A DNA stretch of 31,867 nt, taken from a virus. Lineage: Duplodnaviria; Caudoviricetes. How positions within the stretch are numbered: position 1 is the stretch's first letter; each line of letters starts with the position of its first letter. The notes under the pieces are model-generated. The model was given only the letters and a program-made list of their open reading frames with translations. It searched no databases and was not told the origin of the DNA. A program made the translations under genes and the position numbers. Location of the stretch: positions 1 to 31,867 of IMG/VR virus record IMGVR_UViG_3300020464_000013, one strand, 5' to 3'. Below, in pieces: positions 27,268-31,867 of the stretch.

Positions 27268-28973
27268 TGGGACAACGTTTACAAATATCGCCTGAAACTT
27301 TAAGAGATGCTTTAGCTGCCGAAGGTTTAGACAACGAAGAAATTCGTAATCTTTTAGCTATTGCTAGAGGAGAATCTACTTACTTTTTTAATTCAGTAAA
27401 TCAAAACGCAAAGTCAGGTGATGATTCTTGGGGTCTTTTTCAAATTAACTTTAGAAAACCTGCTGGGGGAAAAAGCCGTGCAAATCAATTAGGAATACCT
27501 ATTACCGCAGCTTTTGATGGTGAAAAAGATTTGCCTTCAGAAAAAGATCTTGCAGATTATTTTTTGTTAGAAAAAAGTGGTGATGGATGGCTTGTACAAG
27601 ATGGCGTTACTGAAGAAGAGTTAATAAAACGGAACATTGATGCGCTAGCCATTATGTGGACCAATTTATCAAATGTGCGAAATAGCAGTAGACCTTTTAG
27701 TCCTTGGTCTGTGCACCCAGATAGCGAAGCATATCGAAAAGCTAGTAGAAAAGGTTTAACTGACCACGAAAATAAATGGGAAAAAAATTCGACGTTTGTT
27801 AATGAACGTTTTAGTGAGTTAGGAAACGATGGGAATACAGTTTCTGCGTCTGGACCTAGTGAACGTGAAATTCAGCTTGAAAATGAATTTGAAGCAAATA
27901 GAGGTAACCCGTTTAGACAACGGCAAATCATTAATGAAATTTTGTTAGAACGTAACCGAGAAGGTTACCCAAATCCACCGGCTGTTTCTAGTGCAGAAAA
28001 AATTGCTACAGAACAAGGGTTAATTGATGGTGATTCACAACGTGTTATAAACCCTGAATACACACAAGATTACGAGTTTTTGCGTGATAATCCAGACGCT
28101 GAAGTTGAGTTTGCTGGACAAACATTTAACATTATTGATCTTATAGAAGCTGAACGTGATCGTGAATTAGGCAATTTAGTTGACGCTGGTTTTTATTTTG
28201 ATCCTAGTGATCCACGTTATGACGCTTGGGTTCAAGGGCTATACGAACAAACAGAACATTATGCTAACAGTGCACAAGGTCGAGCCGATAGAGAAAACAA
28301 CTGGTTTAAATCTGGAGAAGGCGACGAGTTTACTGGCCGCCGTTTAGATTTAATAGAAGATACTGTTACACGAGTTGAACTGTTGTTCGATGATGCAGGA
28401 ATTATTGCGACTGAAACAGAAATTTTAGAGTTTGCTCGTGATGCTTGGCTTGCAGGTTGGTCTGATGACGCTATAAGAGATGAATTGTCTGATCGTGAAG
28501 ACATGGAGTTTGGGGCAGATGCTCCTCTTGCTAGCGAAATAAATGCTACACGACAAGACATTCGTAGTAAGTACCGTCAATATTTAGTTGACGCTGATCC
28601 TGATGTTATCGCTGAACAAAACAGACGATTGTTTCGTGGAGAAACAACTCTTGAAAATATAGAAGCTGGTTTAGCTTCGCAATCAGCAGATTTATACCCT
28701 GCTTTTGCAGATCGTATTGAAGCAGGCAGAACACCTTTAGATATATTGGGTAGTTATAGCAACATATTTAGAGGTGTTATGGGTTATTCCCCTCAATGGG
28801 ATGGGACTCATATGTCAATGGGAATAGATATGTTAAAAGACGGAAACATAACTGGCGCTAATTTTGCTACGTTTTTGCGTTCTACTGATGAGTACGACAT
28901 GACTCCAAACGCTATTAATAATGCCTATTCATTAATAAACACTATTGGGGAAACTATGGGAGTGATGCCGTAA
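27267..28973 (+). CDS. Virion protein with N-terminal lysozyme-like / lytic transglycosylase domain
   Basis: AIARGES (catalytic Glu), SWGLFQIN, FSPWS. Confidence 0.8.
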   Translation: MGQRLQISPETLRDALAAEGLDNEEIRNLLAIARGESTYFFNSVNQNAKSGDDSWGLFQINFRKPAGGKSRANQLGIPITAAFDGEKDLPSEKDLADYFLLEKSGDGWLVQDGVTEEELIKRNIDALAIMWTNLSNVRNSSRPFSPWSVHPDSEAYRKASRKGLTDHENKWEKNSTFVNERFSELGNDGNTVSASGPSEREIQLENEFEANRGNPFRQRQIINEILLERNREGYPNPPAVSSAEKIATEQGLIDGDSQRVINPEYTQDYEFLRDNPDAEVEFAGQTFNIIDLIEAERDRELGNLVDAGFYFDPSDPRYDAWVQGLYEQTEHYANSAQGRADRENNWFKSGEGDEFTGRRLDLIEDTVTRVELLFDDAGIIATETEILEFARDAWLAGWSDDAIRDELSDREDMEFGADAPLASEINATRQDIRSKYRQYLVDADPDVIAEQNRRLFRGETTLENIEAGLASQSADLYPAFADRIEAGRTPLDILGSYSNIFRGVMGYSPQWDGTHMSMGIDMLKDGNITGANFATFLRSTDEYDMTPNAINNAYSLINTIGETMGVMP

Positions 28974-30199
28974 TGGTTCTCGAAAATTATGACACTGGTG
29001 TAACCCGTAGACTAGGTAACGAAGACGACCGTAGAGAAGCACGGTTAAACGTTGATCCAACAGGCACACGCTTTGATGTAGAAACTAATCAATGGTCTGA
29101 AACGTTTATGCCTGAGTACATTGATCGAGTTTACGGAGAAGGTGGAGGTTATTACGCACCTCAAAGAAGAGGTGAAACGTTTGGAGCAGACGATTACTGG
29201 ACAGACACTAAAGAAGCATTTGGTGACACAGGGTACGCCAGCCCGTTTGGAATGCCAGTAGAAGGTCCCGGTAAACCCCCTGAATCTACAGTAAAACGTC
29301 CAGCACAAAGTGATTCGTACAAAGAGTATTTAGCGTTTTTAAAAGCCCAAGGTATAGATGGCGCTAAATCAGTAATGAAAGGTTTTTTAAACCAATTTGG
29401 TTTACAAGGTCTAACTGATTGGGCAATGGGAATGGCTGAACAAGGTTTAAGTGGCGAAGCAATCGTTACTGAATTGCGTTATGGCACCGATGCTAATGTT
29501 CGCGCAATTTACGATAAAGCGTTTCCTGCTATGAAAGCACGTCGTGAGGCAGGTTTTACGGCAATTACTGAAGGCGAATATTTACAGTTAGGTCGTGGTT
29601 ATTCTCAAATAGCTGCTGCCGCAGGCATTAGCCCAGACTTTTTGCAAGGTGCAGGTAAAACTGTAAAAGAAGATGGGGTAACTGCTTTAATAGCTGGCGA
29701 TGTTTCTTTGTCAGAATGGCGTTCTCGTGTAGCTACTGCTGAAGAAGCAGCTAATACAGCAAGCCCTGAAGTAAAAGCTATTTTAGAATCTCGGTATGGT
29801 TTTTCGTCAGGTGATCTTGTTTCTGCGTTTCTTGATCCAACAAAAACAAAAAACATTGTTGAAGCAAGGCGTCAAGTAGGTGCTGCTACGTTAGCTGGTG
29901 CAGCACAACAAGTTGTAGGTTCTACTCTTAGCGCAACTGCATCTGAAGCATTGTTTAATCAAGACGTACAAGAACGAGAAATAGTTCAAGCATTGTCGCC
30001 GTTAGGTGGGTTAACAGAAGCAACACTAACTAGCGAAGGCATGACAGCAGATCAACTTGCTGCTGGCAGATTTGGTAATGCTATGGGAAGAAAAGAATTC
30101 CAACGCAATTTGCAAGGGCGTGTAGCAGACTTTGATCGAAGTGCAGGCATAGCTATTAGTAGTCAAGGCGCTTACGGTTTAGGTACAGCCGACGCATAA
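28973..30199 (+). CDS. Probable internal virion protein
   Basis: 408 aa, Ala/Gly-rich helical; TAATG coupling. Confidence 0.5.
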   Translation: MVLENYDTGVTRRLGNEDDRREARLNVDPTGTRFDVETNQWSETFMPEYIDRVYGEGGGYYAPQRRGETFGADDYWTDTKEAFGDTGYASPFGMPVEGPGKPPESTVKRPAQSDSYKEYLAFLKAQGIDGAKSVMKGFLNQFGLQGLTDWAMGMAEQGLSGEAIVTELRYGTDANVRAIYDKAFPAMKARREAGFTAITEGEYLQLGRGYSQIAAAAGISPDFLQGAGKTVKEDGVTALIAGDVSLSEWRSRVATAEEAANTASPEVKAILESRYGFSSGDLVSAFLDPTKTKNIVEARRQVGAATLAGAAQQVVGSTLSATASEALFNQDVQEREIVQALSPLGGLTEATLTSEGMTADQLAAGRFGNAMGRKEFQRNLQGRVADFDRSAGIAISSQGAYGLGTADA

Positions 30200-30202
30200 G
30201 AC

Positions 30203-30233
30203 TTGACAATTAGTATTAATTGTTTGCTATACT
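30203..30233 (+). promoter_or_regulatory. Promoter TTGACA-N19-TATACT with TGn extension
   Basis: TTGACA 30203-30208, TGC 30225-30227, TATACT 30228-30233. Confidence 0.75.
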
Positions 30234-30326
30234 AATTACTGGTTGGCCCCAAATGGGTGAGCTAACTAAACCCCTCCATCTAAGGTTCCACCGCCGAAGA
30301 TGCGTTACAGGATAGGTGAGTGACAT

Positions 30327-30803
30327 ATGACAGATTCCGACTCCACTAATTTTGGTGAAAGCGGTGCTGCCAGTACATCTGAATCTGAGCCGAACTTTCG
30401 TCGGAAGTTAGAAAACCGTGCGACAAGCGCTGAAGCTAGAGCTGAAGTTGCTGAAGCAAAGTTAGCTTCTTACGAACGTCAAGATACTTTCCGTTCTGCG
30501 GGAATTGATCTTAACGATCCACGAGTAAAGTATTTCGTGAAAGGCTATGAAGGCGAACTCGACGTTGATGCAATCCGTATGGAAGCTGAAGCTGCTGGGT
30601 TTTTAAATAATGAAATAGAACCTTCAAGCCAATTAGTTGCTAACGATGCGTTAGTAGCTGAACAACGAATACAAGCTGCTGGAGAAGGCGGAGATCCAGT
30701 GTCACCTACTAATCTTGACGCTCAAATTAGGGCAACAACTGACCAAGATCAGTTACGAGCTTTGATGGAAAGTCAAGGAATTCATTGGGGCGCATCAGCC
30801 TAA
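30327..30803 (+). CDS. Capsid scaffolding protein
   Basis: Acidic protein with coiled coil, directly upstream of the capsid gene; AGGTGAG RBS. Confidence 0.7.
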   Translation: MTDSDSTNFGESGAASTSESEPNFRRKLENRATSAEARAEVAEAKLASYERQDTFRSAGIDLNDPRVKYFVKGYEGELDVDAIRMEAEAAGFLNNEIEPSSQLVANDALVAEQRIQAAGEGGDPVSPTNLDAQIRATTDQDQLRALMESQGIHWGASA

Positions 30804-30839
30804 TTTTAATTATTGGAGTCCTCACCATAAGGACTTCAA

Positions 30840-31778
30840 GTGGCACAAACAACCACAACCACACTTGACGATCAGGTAAAAACGGCGTTCGATCAGGTTG
30901 CGTACTTTGCTTTACGTTCGCAGCCTTTGTTTGAAATGGTCGCTGATGTCAGGTCAACTGCCCAGAGCCATAACGGTTCTGGCGTACAATTCACGTTTTA
31001 CGCTGACATGGCGCAGGCAACGAGTGCTCTTACTGAAGGCACTGACGTTACCGCTGTTGCGTTGACAGACAGCGCTGTAACCGTAACTCTTGCAGAGTAC
31101 GGTAACGCTGTTATCACTACCGCCAAGGTGCGTGGAACATCTTTCCTAAACGTAGACGCTGATGCGGCCAACATTGTTGGTTATAACATGGCTGACTCGA
31201 TGGACAAAATCGTTTCTGATGTCGCTAACGGCGGCACCAACGTAACGCATGTCGGTCAATCAAGCCGTGGCGCTATCACAGCAGGCAACGTTTACACCGC
31301 TGCTGAAGGTCGTAAAGCTGTTGCACAGCTTCGTGGCCGCAACGCTCCGGGCTGGGAAAACGGTAACTATATGGCAGTCATTCACCCTGACGTTTCCTAC
31401 GATCTTCGTGGAGACACAGCGGTAACTGACGTTATCCAGTACCAAATCCAGCAAGACGGCGCACCCGTTCGTGCAGGTTCAATCGGAACATTCAATGGCA
31501 TCATGTACATTGAAAACCCCCGTGCAGGACTTATCGAAGACGGTGGCGCTAGCAACGTCGATGTATACCAGACCTTGATTTGCGGACGCCAAGCTGTTGC
31601 AAAAGCATTCAGCCGTGCACCGGGATTTGGGCCTGAGCCAAGCATCGTTGTTGGTCCAGTAACTGACAGTCTTCGTCGGTTTAACCCAATTGGTTGGTAC
31701 CACCTTGTTGGCTATGGCCGCTTCCGTGAAGCGTGCATGCAACGAGTGGAATCATCCTCCAGCATTGGAGCTAACTAA
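30840..31778 (+). CDS. Major capsid protein (N4-gp56-like family)
   Basis: TLAEYGN, YMAVIHPDVSYDLR, GSIGTFNGIMYIE, DSLRRFNPIGW motifs. Confidence 0.9.
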   Translation: MAQTTTTTLDDQVKTAFDQVAYFALRSQPLFEMVADVRSTAQSHNGSGVQFTFYADMAQATSALTEGTDVTAVALTDSAVTVTLAEYGNAVITTAKVRGTSFLNVDADAANIVGYNMADSMDKIVSDVANGGTNVTHVGQSSRGAITAGNVYTAAEGRKAVAQLRGRNAPGWENGNYMAVIHPDVSYDLRGDTAVTDVIQYQIQQDGAPVRAGSIGTFNGIMYIENPRAGLIEDGGASNVDVYQTLICGRQAVAKAFSRAPGFGPEPSIVVGPVTDSLRRFNPIGWYHLVGYGRFREACMQRVESSSSIGAN

Positions 31779-31793
31779 TAGTTAGTTTCTAAC

Positions 31794-31843
31794 AGGAGTA
31801 GGGGGCCGGGTTTTTCCCCCTTTCCCCGGTCCCCTACACTCCT
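31794..31843 (+). terminator. GC-rich hairpin after the capsid gene with pyrimidine loop
   Basis: GUAGGGGGCCGGG/CCCGGUCCCCUAC stem plus AGGAG/CUCCU; loop UUUUUCCCCCUUUC; no U tail. Confidence 0.6.
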
Positions 31844-31844
31844 C

Positions 31845-31863
31845 TGCTATCATTTAAATCATG
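31845..31863 (+). promoter_or_regulatory. Extended -10 TGcTATCAT with ATG 7 nt downstream (leaderless start of a truncated gene)
   Basis: TATCAT 31848-31853, ATG 31861, no SD in between. Confidence 0.55.
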
Positions 31864-31867
31864 CCTA

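Noticed and set aside
30259-31778. 11-bp direct repeat GAGCTAACTAA flanking scaffold-capsid (30259 and 31768)
   Set aside because: Many 11-mer repeats are expected by chance in 32 kb; no further support
1-31867. tRNA/tmRNA genes, introns, inteins, IS elements
   Set aside because: No cloverleaf or T-loop signature in intergenic gaps; core genes are uninterrupted; no transposase motifs (by eye only)

Overview
Nearly complete ~32 kb genome segment of a tailed dsDNA phage with podovirus-like architecture (no tape measure, tubular tail proteins, large internal-virion proteins). The host is probably an actinobacterium: r1t-type holin, FmdB Zn-ribbon, SSB ending in EPF, extended -10 and leaderless promoters. 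Two divergent arms meet at a non-coding control region (~12320-13210). The plus-strand late arm runs small basic proteins, terminase, portal, four internal-virion proteins, scaffold and major capsid, then continues at the window start with holin, tail genes and an RNase H-like exonuclease. The minus-strand early arm (12319 to 5244) holds small unknown ORFs, DUF932, a Cas4-like nuclease, Rad52/Sak, SSB and a Holliday resolvase. No polymerase, primase, helicase, integrase, tRNA or endolysin was seen. The most notable unexplained signals are: a ~160-bp imperfect palindrome whose arms are mirror-image promoters (Frpo/sso-like); hairpins presenting anti-Shine-Dalgarno loops complementary to early-gene RBSs; a five-hairpin switch-like leader RNA; and an ADP-ribosyltransferase-like domain embedded in the 2422-aa virion protein. 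All family calls come from motif recognition by eye; no search was run.
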